A stretch of 64,000 nt of DNA from assembly GCA_013265495.1 (NCBI GenBank), contig MU057651.1:2706948-2770947 (forward strand), in the 5' to 3' direction. Each line of letters opens with the position of its first letter. The stretch's first letter is position 1. The notes beneath the pieces are model-generated. The model worked only from the letters and a program-made list of their open reading frames with translations, had not been told where the DNA came from and ran no database searches. This document shows, piece by piece, positions 24,296 through 36,728 of this stretch. The translations under genes were made by a program, and so were the position numbers. This stretch comes from Vicugna vicugna (taxonomy: Eukaryota).

Positions 24296-25244
24296 TAAGT
24301 GTTCTAAAAAAATTAAAAAAAACCAAAACAACAATGGCAATGTATACATTTTGTTTTCTGCTATGAAGCTCTAGGAGGGAGCGATGGAGCATAACTTGCT
24401 TTCCCCTCCTCCCCGATGCCATCGCCTTCTTCTCAAAGGGTTGCTAACAGATCGTAACCATTCCTCTCCCCGGAGCCCCCAGTCTGAAGCCCCGGGTCCC
24501 TGGGCCTGGAGGGCGGCGTTCCGTGGGCCTCTGCAGGAGATCCTGGTCTGCGTCCCCGAAGTCACGGCGGGCAGGAGGCACCGCGGCCTCTTTTCAGCTC
24601 CAGAGCAGGGAGGCTGGCTGGGTCAGGGCCCAGCAGTACACTGAGATTGGGGTACCACCCTCCCTTCAAGTGGCCTCCCTTGCTGAAGGTGGTTCTGGGG
24701 CGTGCATCTCGGCGGCACAGGAGGAGAGATGCTGGCAGGCTGAGTGAGTTCACCATCGGGGCCTCTGCTGGCCCTGCCCGTCGTCTCCTGGGGGTGGGGG
24801 GAGTTGAAACTGCACCGTGTTACAATTGCTCTCAGTCACTGTTGCTTTTCTCTGAACAACTCTGCTCCCGTGCCGTGTTCCCGTATGGGGCCTCTGTCCA
24901 GGTGGCCGAGGTCAAGGCCACCCCACCGTGAACAGGGGTGGTTCTGCTCTCACAGTGTCAGCTCGACCCAGGGCTGCCATCCATCCCCCAAGTAGAGGTT
25001 CTCATCTTGCTGACCCTGCCCCCTGGTCGGTCTGGGCACCTGAAATCGGCTGCTTCATCTCGGATCACTTGAGTTCTGCAGACTTGGTCTCTGGGCGGAG
25101 ACTGGTCAGTCCTGGCCGTCTGGGCCCACCTGCTCCTGCCCCCTCCAGCCTTCACTGCCTTCGGGCTGCCGAGGCTCTCAACGCCCTCGTCTGCGGACAG
25201 GACCACGGCGCACAACCCTGGGATGCACCAGTCACCAAGGACTA

Positions 25245-25938
25245 GCCACTATATATAAAAATGGATTAAAAAAAAGTTGCTTCTGTCTAGCACAGGAGAA
25301 CTATGTTCAGTATCTTGCAATAACCGTTAATGAAAAAGAATATGAAAATGAATATATGTCTGTACCTGCATGACTGGGACATGGTGCTGGACACCAGGAA
25401 CTGACACATTGTAACTGACTATATGTCAATTAAAAAAAAAAAAAGAACAGTGTATTTTTGGGGTGAGTACAGCTCGGGGTAGAGCACATGCTTAGCATGA
25501 ATGAGGTCCTGGGTTCCATCCCCAGTCCCTCCTCTAAAAATAAATTCAAAAAATTTAACAGAAGCATTCTATGAGAAAGAAAAATACCATATGATAGCAC
25601 TTATAAGCAGAATCCAAAAGAAAGACACAGATGAACTTATTTACAAAACAGACACAGACTCATAGTCATAGAAACAAACATGGTTACCAGCAGGGAAGGG
25701 GTGGGAAGGGATAAATTGGGAGTCTGAGATTTGCAGATGCTAACTGCCAAATATAAAATAGATAAACAACACGTTTATACTCTAGAGCACAGGGAGGTAT
25801 ACTCAATACCTTGTAATAACCTATAATGGAAAAGAATATGAAAAAGAATTTAAATATGTAAAACCAAATCACTATGCTGTACATCTGAAACTAACACAAC
25901 ATTGTAAATCAACTACACTTCAGTTAAAAAAAAAAAAA
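25245..25938 (+). mobile_element. Cluster: L1 3' end (25245-25445), vic-1-type SINE (~25459-25555), L1 3' end (~25570-25938)
   Basis: Two L1 3'UTR ends terminating in poly(A), with agctcggggtagagcacatgcttagcatg between them. Confidence 0.88.
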
Positions 25939-27488
25939 GGAGCTGAAGTGCGTATCTGCAAAGGCTTTGAGGGTGGCGACAGTGTGGAACAGCGTCTCCC
26001 CAGTGGTGCTCAGAGGAAATTTCAGACAGGCTGCTTGGCTGCAGAAGTTCTCAGGGGCTTTATATCTTCCTCGGACAAGAGAAGAATAAAGAACTCCCTG
26101 CGTGCATTTGTGAAGGGGTATTTTTCATGGGCGAGATCCCGGAAGACACCCGAGGAATTGTAGGGATGCTCCGAAGCTGGCAAATGAGCTTGGAGAGGAG
26201 GATGGGCCGAGGCATCCAGCACTCACCTGGGGTGGGTTCAGTTTGGCTCCTGCAGGTGAGAATTAATGGCCAAGATTGAAAACTTGGGAAGCCTCCCAGA
26301 AAAACCTGGATTTCTGGCTTCTCTTCAAAAACCGGCCGCACGGGGTGTGCAATTCCTCAAGGTCGCAGTTGGAAGGAAGCCGCAGGGCTGTGCTCTTTAG
26401 AGAAAAGGTGTTTTCCACCACCCTCTGTGGCCTCTGAACCTCTAACCCCTGCTTCACACCATGAGCGGAATTTGTGGGAAATTACGCACTGGGACTTAAA
26501 AAAGAGGCGATACACCATGCTGCGGTCTCTGAGCGGGTCAGATCTGTCCACAGAGATAAGTCTCATTTACAAAAACAAAAGCGAACTGCAATCATTCCAT
26601 GAAAAGCCACGGGCGGAGAGCTGGTCCCAGCCCTGGGCTCAGAGGTCATCGCCATCATCATTCGACGCCCGAGCTGACCGGGGCCCAGAAAGGGCGGGCG
26701 ATCCGCCCTTAAAATGCACAATGCTCTGTTTCCTGAACGGACAGCGGTGGTTTTGATAATAAGTCCCACCCAGCAGCCGTGCCACAGGCCCCGAGCCACG
26801 CACACCGGGCGCTCCCGGACGCCTGCGACAGGTTAAGAGGCGTGATCTGCACTCCAATGAAAGGGTCACAGTTAGGTGGACCCTCGAAGGTGGAGCAAGT
26901 GGTCAGCAGTGGTGGGATTCCAAGTGGGTCTGGCAGGTTCCAGAGTCCCCTCCCTCCCCTCCACGCTACCCTGCAGTTCAGTGGCACCCCAGGGACGGGG
27001 GCTCAGAAGCACAGCCTGCTCCCGGTTTGCACAAAGCACCAGAGACCCCATGACCATCCTGGCTGTGGTCACAGACAAGAACGCGTCTGCTCAGAAGCCA
27101 GCACGATGGGGCCCTGCCCGGGGTCAACACCAGCGAAGCCCTTTCACAGGAGCATCGCTGGGGCCCAGAGGGGAAGATGTCCAGTTCGTTTCAGATGCAG
27201 AGCGGGGCGCGTGTGACCCCCGTGCAGACCAGCGGGGCAGCGCTGGGGATTCCTGAGAACCTGCTCATCTTGATGTTTAAATGGACTGTAAAGGAAGAAC
27301 CGTGGTTTGGGTCTGCAGACAGCACAGGCCAACCCTCCCGCTCAACGCACCCCACGTCTTGCAAAGGCGAAACCGACCAATTGCCACCAACTGATAAAAC
27401 ATGAACTTGGCCTTGGAACTTATCTTTAAATGGAAAAGCTATTCTCTAAGATTAGAATGTGATTCACTCTACGGGTGAAAAAAAATCA

Positions 27489-27655
27489 GGGGGAGGGTAG
27501 AGCTCAGTGGCAGAGTGCACACCTAGCACGCACGAGGTCAAGGGTTCGAGCCCCAGTACATCCATTAAGTGAAAAAAAAAAAAAAACGAACAATAATGAA
27601 ATAAATAAACCTAATTACCCCCCAAAACAAAAAATCAAAAAAAATCAAAATAAAA
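27489..27655 (+). mobile_element. vic-1-type SINE
   Basis: ggggagggtagagctcagtggcagagtgcacacctagcacgcacgaggtcaagggttcgagccccagtac. Confidence 0.9.
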
Positions 27656-27699
27656 TATTGACACTTCATTAACCAGAGATTTGGGTGTTCATACGCCCA

Positions 27700-28280
27700 A
27701 AGCTGCGACAAAACTTGAAAAATATAAAGGCATTCATCCATCTTGGTGACTTTGAATATTTTTTTAAAAAAATGATTCTACCTTATAATGTTTCTAAGAC
27801 ATTGTGTGAATGGTTCTTAAAATTATTGAAAAAAAATGGATGGGCTGGTGAAGTAATTCTGCCTTTGGATCTAAGGATGGAGAAAGGAATTGTAATGGAG
27901 GGAGACAGATAAACCAGCTCTGTGGACAGATCTCTGGAAAGACACTGATGTGGATACAGAAAATTGACACAGGACCAACGTGGAATCAGGAATGCGTGGG
28001 AGAAACAGACTCCTTGTTCACATCACTCCTGAAAATAAATTTGAGGCTCGCGAGGAGCCCAGACGTGAGAAAGCCACACCACACCTGTTCCCGGAAAGTC
28101 AGACCATCTTTAGCCCTTTTGGGGGGAGGTGAAAGATTTCTTAAATATTCAGAGATCATCACACCTTCAGGAGAAAAGGGACAAATTCAACAACACGAAG
28201 ATGGAAAGGAGCATTTTATGCAACAAAATAAAGCAACGTGAAATTCAAGCCACCGTCTTCGAGGCTCTTTGCGTGGAAAT
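27700..28280 (+). mobile_element. Highly diverged old L1 ORF2 remnant
   Basis: A-rich, with L1-like phrases (gacagataaaccag, ggagaaacagactccttgttca). Confidence 0.45.
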
Positions 28281-28469
28281 CACTGACAGAGGGGAGAGTA
28301 ATGATTAAAAAAAGAATAACCTCTCAATTTTTCTTTTTTTAAACAAAGGTAAGGGAAAGGCAATTCATAAGAGAGCAAATGGAGTTGCTAAGACACAGAG
28401 GACAAGATGGCCGTTCCTACTAATCAGAACATTGTATCTTTTTTAAAAAACGTTTTTGCTGTTGCTTTA

Positions 28470-28594
28470 TTCTTGTTTTTGGAGGGAAGTCAATTAGGAT
28501 TTTTTTTTTTTATTTTAATGGAGGGACTGGGGATGGAACCCAGGAACCTCGTGCCTGCTAAGCACGCGCTCTACCACCGAGCTACACCCTCCCC
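28470..28594 (-). mobile_element. vic-1-type SINE
   Basis: ggggatggaacccaggaacctcgtgcctgctaagcacgcgctctaccaccgagctacaccctcccc. Confidence 0.9.
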
Positions 28595-29219
28595 TTGCAG
28601 AGCACTGTATCTTAAAGCCAAATGACACCTGCATGACTCCAACTCTTAAGATGCCTACGAATCCCGCAGATTGGTGGTGACGTGGATTGGCAGCCCTTAT
28701 AGACAGACCATCATTTTGGAGAGCGATCTGCCAATGCTCTAAGACGCTGAAGATGAGTTTTTTTTTCCTGAAGGTCTAATACTTTCTTTTCTAGAAAACT
28801 CTATGTATAAACAGAGACATATGTCTCCCTTGCTCACTGGTTCCAGGGGTGAGAAACCAGAACTCCTCAAGTGTCTGCTAATTTAAAAACAGATTAATAA
28901 ATGAACGAATGGCACAGATGTTATCACGGATAAATGTTATACGTGAGATGCGCAGTGAAAAAGTCCACAGGCGTATGATACCCTTTGTGTAAAGGGTGAA
29001 AAGAAACATCTCAATGTTGGGTATTCCGTATAAACACCTGCTAAGCTAGAAGGACCCTGAAGACGTGACTGTGGGTAACAAATGCCTCAGTCAGGGTGTG
29101 GGGACTTCTGTGAGGGCACCAGGCGTGTGGTTGAGCCTTATCGAGTGTTGGTGGGGTCACCGTGACAAAGACCTCCCTCCTTTGAGACTTCCCCATTTCC
29201 CAGAGGTCCCGTGACTCAC

Positions 29220-29529
29220 CTCGGGGGCCAGCCCCCAGAGCTGCTCCTCTCCCACGAGGGGCCCTTTGGGGGCCCCAGTTCTGGGGTTCCGGCCAGGTCC
29301 TGGTCACTGTAGTCCTCCTGGTCTGTGGTCCACTTGTCTCTGGACTTCGTGCTGTCATGTTGGGAATCCAGGGAGATGCCGTCCGAGGGGGAACTCATCA
29401 CTCCTGAGTCCTCGGTCGTGTCCTCAGATGCAAAACAGCTGCCCACAGACACTGTCTCCTCGGCCTCGGGGGGCACAGGCGGGACCCCGTCCACGCTGCA
29501 GGGGCTGCCGGGCCCCAGGGGCAGGCTCA
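29220..29529 (-). CDS. COBL: COBL coding exon (310 nt, phase 1 to 2): (V/L)[49 protein letters not shown]...SSSGGWPP(R)
   Basis: Junctions are tcgtccag|TG AGC CTG...CCG AG|gtgagt. ORF 29216..29542 contains the COBL signature [16 protein letters not shown] and [12 protein letters not shown]. Confidence 0.97.
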
Positions 29530-30039
29530 CTGGACGAGACACGGCAACGCCAGGTTACCCAATGCCTGGATCCCACACCAACTGACTCACCTGCCATCTG
29601 CAGTGCGGGGTGCTGGGGAGGACCCACCCGCACACAACACTGGAAACACTTCAACTGTGTGACTGGGAGCCAAACTCCCCTCTCCGCCCAGATCAGCATC
29701 TTTTGAATTAACCTTTTGAATTTTTATCTTCTGTGTGATCAAGGGCAAACATATGAAAAAATTCAGACTAATGACATGATGAATACTGTTATTTGTAGTC
29801 TGACCATAGGTTTAATAGGAGTTGATTTAGAATGAGTTCTCTAAAAAAAATTAAGAGGGCTTTAAAATATAAACAAACTTAGAAATAAATGATATTGTTT
29901 GGGAGCATCTAATAAATCTTCTCTAGGAACTTTTGTGATTTGGTTTAAAATATTAATGACAGTCTCCATCAGCAACTGGCTCTCCCGTTATTTGTTACAC
30001 GTGAGACAGCAAGATCTGGTTTAAATAAGAGATGATCTT

Positions 30040-30535
30040 ACTGGATAAAGAAACTGTGGTATATTTATACAATGGAATACTACTCAGCCATAAAAAGGAA
30101 TAAAATAATGCCATTTGCTGCAACATGGATGGACCTGGAGATTGTCATTCTAAGTGAAGTCAGTCAGAAAGAGAAAGAAAAATACCATATGAGATCACTT
30201 ATATGTGGAATCTAAAAAAAAAAAAGACACAAATGAACTAATTTACAAAACAGAAACAGACTCACAGACATAGAAAACAAACTGATGGTTACTGGGGGGA
30301 GAGTGGATGGGAAAGGATAAACTGGGAGTTCGAGATTTGCATATATTAACTATTACATATAAAACAGATACACAGTAAGTTCATATTCAATATTCAATAT
30401 CTTGTAGTCACCTATAATGAAAAAGAGTCTGAAAAGGGATATTTGTATGTATATGTGTGACTGAACTATTATGCTGTACACCAGAAATGGACACAACATT
30501 GTCAATTAACGATGTTTCAATGAATCAAAAAAAGA
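30040..30535 (+). mobile_element. L1 3'UTR fragment (relatively young)
   Basis: tggataaagaaactgtggtatatttatacaatggaatactactcagcc...acaacattgtcaatt. Confidence 0.92.
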
Positions 30536-33500
30536 GAGGGAGAGAGAATCTTAGAAGAGAACCCTCAAATAAAATTTAAAAGAATCAGAAGAAACGTGTC
30601 CTGGGGGTAGGTTACCTGGCCCCTGAGCCCCAGACGTGACTCAGGGCAGCAGAAGGGATGGGATGCAGAGAGGGGACACTCACGGTAGAAGCCTGAGTTC
30701 CATCTCATCTTAACAGTGGCATGCGGGGCCTCGGACACGTCTATCCCGCTGTTCGCAGGGACAGAGAGCATCCTTCTCTTACTGAGCTGCGAGGTCCTCG
30801 AAGAACTTAAGAGCACGGAGGAAAACCTCTCACTAGTTTTGAGATGGAGGGACAGGAGTACACAATTCTGGACCCGCTCTAGCCCAGAGGCTCTTTTTTT
30901 TTTTTTAAATTGAATGTAGATATAGATTTCAAACGTCAAGACATCTCAAGACATAGGATCTAAGCGCTGTTTATGACGGTCCAGGAAACAAGGCCTGTGT
31001 TGCGCTGTAGTTTCAATGTGTTGTGTTTTACAATCGTTCCTTCAACGCCTCCAATGAATAAAGGCCACGGGCAAGCCGGGTGCCAGCTCCAGAGAGTCGT
31101 GCACTGACAGTCACGTGACATTGTCATCGCCCTCAACATCGCAACATTTTAACTAGACAGCAGGCTGGAGACACAGAATTAAGGAAGCCAAAAGAACCCC
31201 AAGGAGAAAAAATTCCTTCGGGTCGGTCTTGGTTTCCTTGAGATCCCAAACCACAAAAATGAACAAAACGAAACAAACAAACACAAAACCCAGACATCTC
31301 ACAGAGAAGCTCACAAGTAAAGATCAGAAACAAGGGAGAGATTGTTCAGAGAAGCAGGTGCCCAAGGCAGTGTGTCTGAATGCAGCGAACGCTTTCCAAC
31401 AATGGCCTCTTTCTTCTGAGCTTCCTTCCTGGCTTTTGTGGCAAGGCTCTTCATTAGAGGGCAAAGGCGGAGAAGAAACACTGCGTCCGGATTAAGACAA
31501 CCCAAACCTGTTCTGCTGCCCGGTCCACACTGCTGGTGACTCCGCCCGGGATGTCATTCCGCGGGACCCCCCTGTCGACCCCTGCCCGGCATCAGAGGCA
31601 GCCCCGACGGCCCAGTGGACTCTAGCTCCCCACCTTCTCTTTTATAACCATCACTGAGCAAGTTCAAATCCCAGCAGAGCGCTTGACAGACCGCCCGGGG
31701 CAGGTGCCTGGACCCTTCTGCCTCGAGTTCGTCTGGGAGGCGGGGTAACACCTATGGACTAAATGTGAGGTCGGTCCACATCCCGATGTCCCCCAAGGGG
31801 TGTGTGCCGGGAGGGGACACAGATCTCCCATCCGAGAGTCTCAGCTCTCTGGTGACTCGCAGTTTACGAGGGGACAGACATGTACAAAGACCGATGATGC
31901 CATAGGATAATGCCAACTCCGGGTGTGTCTGCCCAGGGAGAGAGGGGTGGGCTGGGAGCTGGAGGTCTCAGCTTGGAGTTGGTACCCATAAGTGCTCAGC
32001 CCAGCCCTGCTCCCCGCACCCCCAGATGGCCCCACTTGGAGACATTAGGACCGCCTGCAGCCCTGGAAACTCAGACAGCATCATGGTGGCGGGGGGACCC
32101 CAAGCCCTCCCCTTCAGTCCAGTTATAAGATTGAGATGGCGTGGCTGGGCTTGTTTTAGGTTCCTGAGAAGTCTTGAGGTCAAAAAAACTCTAAATCCAG
32201 CCAGCTGCAAACGCTTCGTCAGCAAGGTGTGAGAAGTCTGTCCCCAGTGTGAACGCACCAAAGCACTTAAAAATGCGCAGTGAAGACTGGGGGTGTCAGA
32301 GCTCCCTTCCTGCCCAGGCAAGTCCTCTGTTTCTGGTGGTACCTTCCCCGGGGCCCAGGGCTCTCCATCCTTGCCCCCCACAGACAGGTGTTCAGTGAGG
32401 GGCCAGGGCTGGTGCTCCCAGGGAGCCTGCCTGGGTGGCGTGAGGTCACAGAGGGTTGGAAGGGCAGCTGCAGACATGCCCTAGGCGGGAGGAACACGGG
32501 TGCAATGCCGCCTGCAACCGGGGTGGGTTAAGTACCAGGGAGGACCGGAGGGAGGGAGGGAGGCTGGAAGGATGCTGCTTGGCCCAGAGTACAGGGCGGG
32601 TCTGCAAGCCAGAAAGAGGGAGGGGCTTGTGCAAGAGCTTGGGACTCTTGTGAACCCCTCCTGGAAACACCTTGAGGGGAGCAGTCAGAGACGGCTCTGA
32701 TTTGAAGAGGGGGACGGACATTCCCGTGAGGCTCTGAACCTGGGTTGGTTTTAGTTTTCAGGTGGTTTCTGGTCCTGTCAGCTCTGTGAGTCTGAGAAGC
32801 TTTTGTTTGGAATTGGACATCCTCATCTAACCCCCTTAAGACGTCTTCCCCTTTCGACCCGTTCCTACGATTAACCCCGTGAGCTATAACGTGGTTTGCC
32901 CGTTTCTTCATGAGATGATGGAGCAGGATACTGTTTTGTCTTTACTGATTCCAAACAGAAGCCCCAAATACAAAAGGAAGGCTTGGAAACGCTTGGACTC
33001 AGGTCCTGTCTTGCATGTGCTTCTGTGAGAACCTCACTTCTCACTGCTCTCCTGCCGGCACCACCTGGCTCCCTGGCCCAGAGGCTCTATCTCACTTTTT
33101 GCCTCTGAAACGGCTTACTTGCCCCAAAAATTCTATACGTTCCCTGAGCTCACTTATGATTGCTTATTACTCTCACCTCTGATTGGTCCACTTCCCTAAC
33201 TTCTGATTGGTCCATTTGTAGTACTTCATTTGCATGGAGCTCACTCCTGATTGGTTATTTCTCTCACTCATGATTGGTCCATTCCCCTCACTCCTGATTG
33301 GTTATTTCTCTCACTTAAGGTTCTCTCCATTAGCAACCTTTTTGAACTACAAAGTTGTTATTGCAGACTTTTTGCCAACGTGGAAAAACACACTTAACGT
33401 GGCTTCAGTGGATGCCAATTATAAATAAATTCATGATTAAATTCTCTTCTAAGTAAATGGCCACAGAGCCTAAGTCAGGAATGTTAACGTTTCCATCACC

Positions 33501-33669
33501 CTCCACCTGAATGACATAATCCCACAGTCCAAATGCCACTACGGCAGAATAAGAGCTTTGGAAAATTCTCTGGCTCAAGGGTAAAGCAGAAAAGGCTGAC
33601 TTAAGGCTACTAATTCCTCAAGTTGACAACAACCATTTCCGTTTGGCCTCTGGTTCCATTGGGTTTTAT

Positions 33670-35530
33670 CAGTAAACCCATAGTCAGCATCACACTTAAT
33701 GGCTGAGACCATCTCCTCTAAGATAAGGAACAAGACAAAGATGCCCACTCTTGTCACTTACAATCAACATAGTATTGGAAGTTGTAGTCACAACAATTAG
33801 GCAAGAAAAAAAAAGGCATCCAATTTGGAAACAAAAAAGTAAAATTATCACTCTTTGTAGCTGACATGATACTATACATAGAAAACCCTAAAGACATCAA
33901 AAAAAATCTACTAGAAACAATAAATGAATTCAATAAAGTTGCAGGATACACAGTTAATGTCTGGAAATCTGTTGTATTTCTATACACTAAAAATGAACTT
34001 TCAGAAAGAGAAATTAAGAAAACAATTCGATTTACAAATGCATGACAAAGAATAAAATACTTAGGGATAAAATCTAACCAAGGTAAAAGACTTGTGCTCT
34101 GAAAACTGTAAGATATTGGGCAAAGAAACTGAAAAACACACACACAAATGGAAAGAGATACTGTGTCCATGAATTGAAAGAATCAATATTGTTAAAATGA
34201 CCAGAGGACCCTTACAATGTACAGATTCAGTGGAATCTCTATCTAATACCAATGGCATTTTCACAGAAGCAGAACAAATCATTCTGAAATTTGTGTGGAA
34301 ACAGACAAAAACTCTGAATAGCCAAAGCCATCCTGAGGAAGGACAAAATTGGAGGCACCATTCTCCTTGACTTCAGACTATACTACAGAGCTACAATGAT
34401 CAAAACAGACACACAGATCCATGGAACAGAACCCAGAAATAAACCCATGATTACGTGGTCAAGAATATACAATGGGGGAAAGACGGTCTCTTCAGTAAAT
34501 GGTGCTGGGGAAACTGGACAGCTACATGCAGAAGCAACAAACTGGGCCATGTCTTCAGATCATATACAAAAATAAACTCATACAACTCAAGGTTAAAAAC
34601 AAATAACCCCATTAAAAAAATGGGCAGAGGGCCCAAATAGGCATTTTTTTTCCAAAGAAGACACAGAGATGGCCAACAGGCACATGAAAAGATGCTCAAC
34701 ATAGCAAATTATCAGGGAAATGCAAATCAAACCACAGTGAGAGCATCTCACACCTGTCAGAACGGCCATCATCAAAAAGACAGTAGTAAGTGTTAGCGAG
34801 AATGTGGAGAAGAGAGACCCTTTTGGTTGGAATGTAAATTGCTGCAGCTCCCATAGAAAAGCATGAAGTTTTCTTAAAAAATTACAAACAGAATTACAAA
34901 ATGATCCAGCAATTTCATTTCTGAGCATTCACCAGAAGAAAACAAAACCACTCATTTGAAAAGATATAGGTACCCCTACATTTGCGGCAGCATCATTTAC
35001 AGCAGCCAAGATCTGGAAAGCAACCCAAGTGCTCACCAATAGATGCATGGATTATGGAAACATGATATATACATATTTCTCAGACATAAACAAAAATGAA
35101 ATCATGCCGTTTAATAATATGGATGGATCCAGAAGGGGTGATGCTCAATGAAATAACTCAGACAGAGAAAGACAAACATCATGTGATCTTTCGTATACAT
35201 GGAATCTAAAAAACAAAACAAGGAAAGCAGACTCACAGATATAGAGAACTAACGTGGTCACCAGAGGGGAGTAGGGTGGGGGCTTGGGAGAAAGAGACAA
35301 TGGAGATTAAGGGGTACAAACGTTTAGTTATAAAACAGATAAGCCACGGGGATGCACTATATAATAGCACACAGGATACACTCACTAAAACTGAAATAAC
35401 TCTGTGCAGGGACAAATGGTTAAGTGACTGACCAAGGTGTGCCACTTCACAATGCGTGCAAATGTCAAATTACCATGTAGTTACCTGGAACTAACATAAT
35501 CTTGTACTTCAACTATATTTCAATGAAAAA
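33670..35530 (+). mobile_element. LINE-1, 5'-truncated (~1.85 kb; degenerate ORF2 with internal deletions plus 3'UTR)
   Basis: ggaacaagacaaagatgcccactc, gctgacatgatactatacatagaaaacccta (RT ADDMI region), [15 protein letters not shown], ending caactatatttcaatgaaaaa. Confidence 0.95.
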
Positions 35531-36619
35531 ATGAGATAAAAAGTCTTACTTTTTCTAGATTTTTCCAGGTTTGAGTGATACTGATGGACACAAAAAGTTG
35601 CCACGAATCCCCCTTGAAATGCACCGTGATTTAAATGACAAATGAAAGAGACCCTTCAGGGAACCACAGGAAAAGGAAAGGTGGGCGGCGATGCTCTCAC
35701 TTGCCCTGATGCAGACAATGCGGCAAATTCAACAAGTCTGTGCGCAGCCTGCCTCGACCTCACGGGCCACCGGGTTTGTGCACTGAGAAAGCCCGTGGCA
35801 TCTGGGGTCCATCCAGGGTGTCACACCCATGAAGGACGTCCTCCTCAGGCAGGTATGCTGTGTGACTCAAATTCTGGATGCAATGATACATTTTAAGTGT
35901 TCAATGGTGGAAGACAGAATTCTCTGACAAAATTTGAGAAGATAGACATGGAAGCCTGGCATCTTTTAAGAAGAAGAGCAGATGACAGTCAGTTTCCACG
36001 TCTCAGAGAGGAGGTCACGTTGAATTGAGGCCATGAGAAATTGTCCCTCCCTCTTCTGAATGACTGGCCTATAGAGTGGCTTTCTGAATCTTTTCCTTTG
36101 GGATGTCCCTGTGCTGGGGGCTACTTTCCACTTCTCACCGAAGGGAGTCTCTCAAGGGTCCTGTTCGCCGCTGCGCTCGGGCGGCCCAGCGCCGGGTCTG
36201 CCCCCCGGCTCCATCCCCACCCCGTGCAGGACCCCGTCTCCCTAGGAGCCCGCGGCCTCTCAGCTCTCTCCTGCTCTTCTGGTCCGCGATCTCCTCCTTA
36301 TTTTCAGGCCCAAGGCCACTTCATTTCCTCTCTTGTGAGCTCAGCTGTGCATCTCGGATGGTGTTGATCATATAAAACCCAGCGTTTCAACATGCTTTGC
36401 TGCAGATGGAGCAACTGCTGTAAACATAAGGAATCTCAACTTTGCACTTAGAAGTCTGTTGCCCTTCTGTAGCCTTCCCCCTGTTTCAGATGTGGGAGGA
36501 GGCTGTCCGGTTACCCAGGCTCACACCTTTCCTCCCTTCAGGGCGGACGACACACAGAGGGGCAGCCCTGGAGGTCACAGGCAGATGAGAAGCAGGAGGG
36601 AGCGTCCCCTGAGAGCCCC

Positions 36620-36728
36620 GGGAGGCGTAGCTCAGTGATGGAGCACGTGCTTAGCGTGCACGAGGTCCTGGGTTCCATCCCCAGCCCCTCCAACAACCAC
36701 CAAAAGGAAAGAGAAAAGAAAAAAAAAA
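36620..36728 (+). mobile_element. vic-1-type SINE
   Basis: gtagctcagtgatggagcacgtgcttagcgtgcacgaggtcctgggttccatcccc. Confidence 0.9.

Noticed and set aside
33670..35530. Active reverse transcriptase gene
   Set aside because: It is a 5'-truncated L1 with frameshifts, stops and internal deletions.
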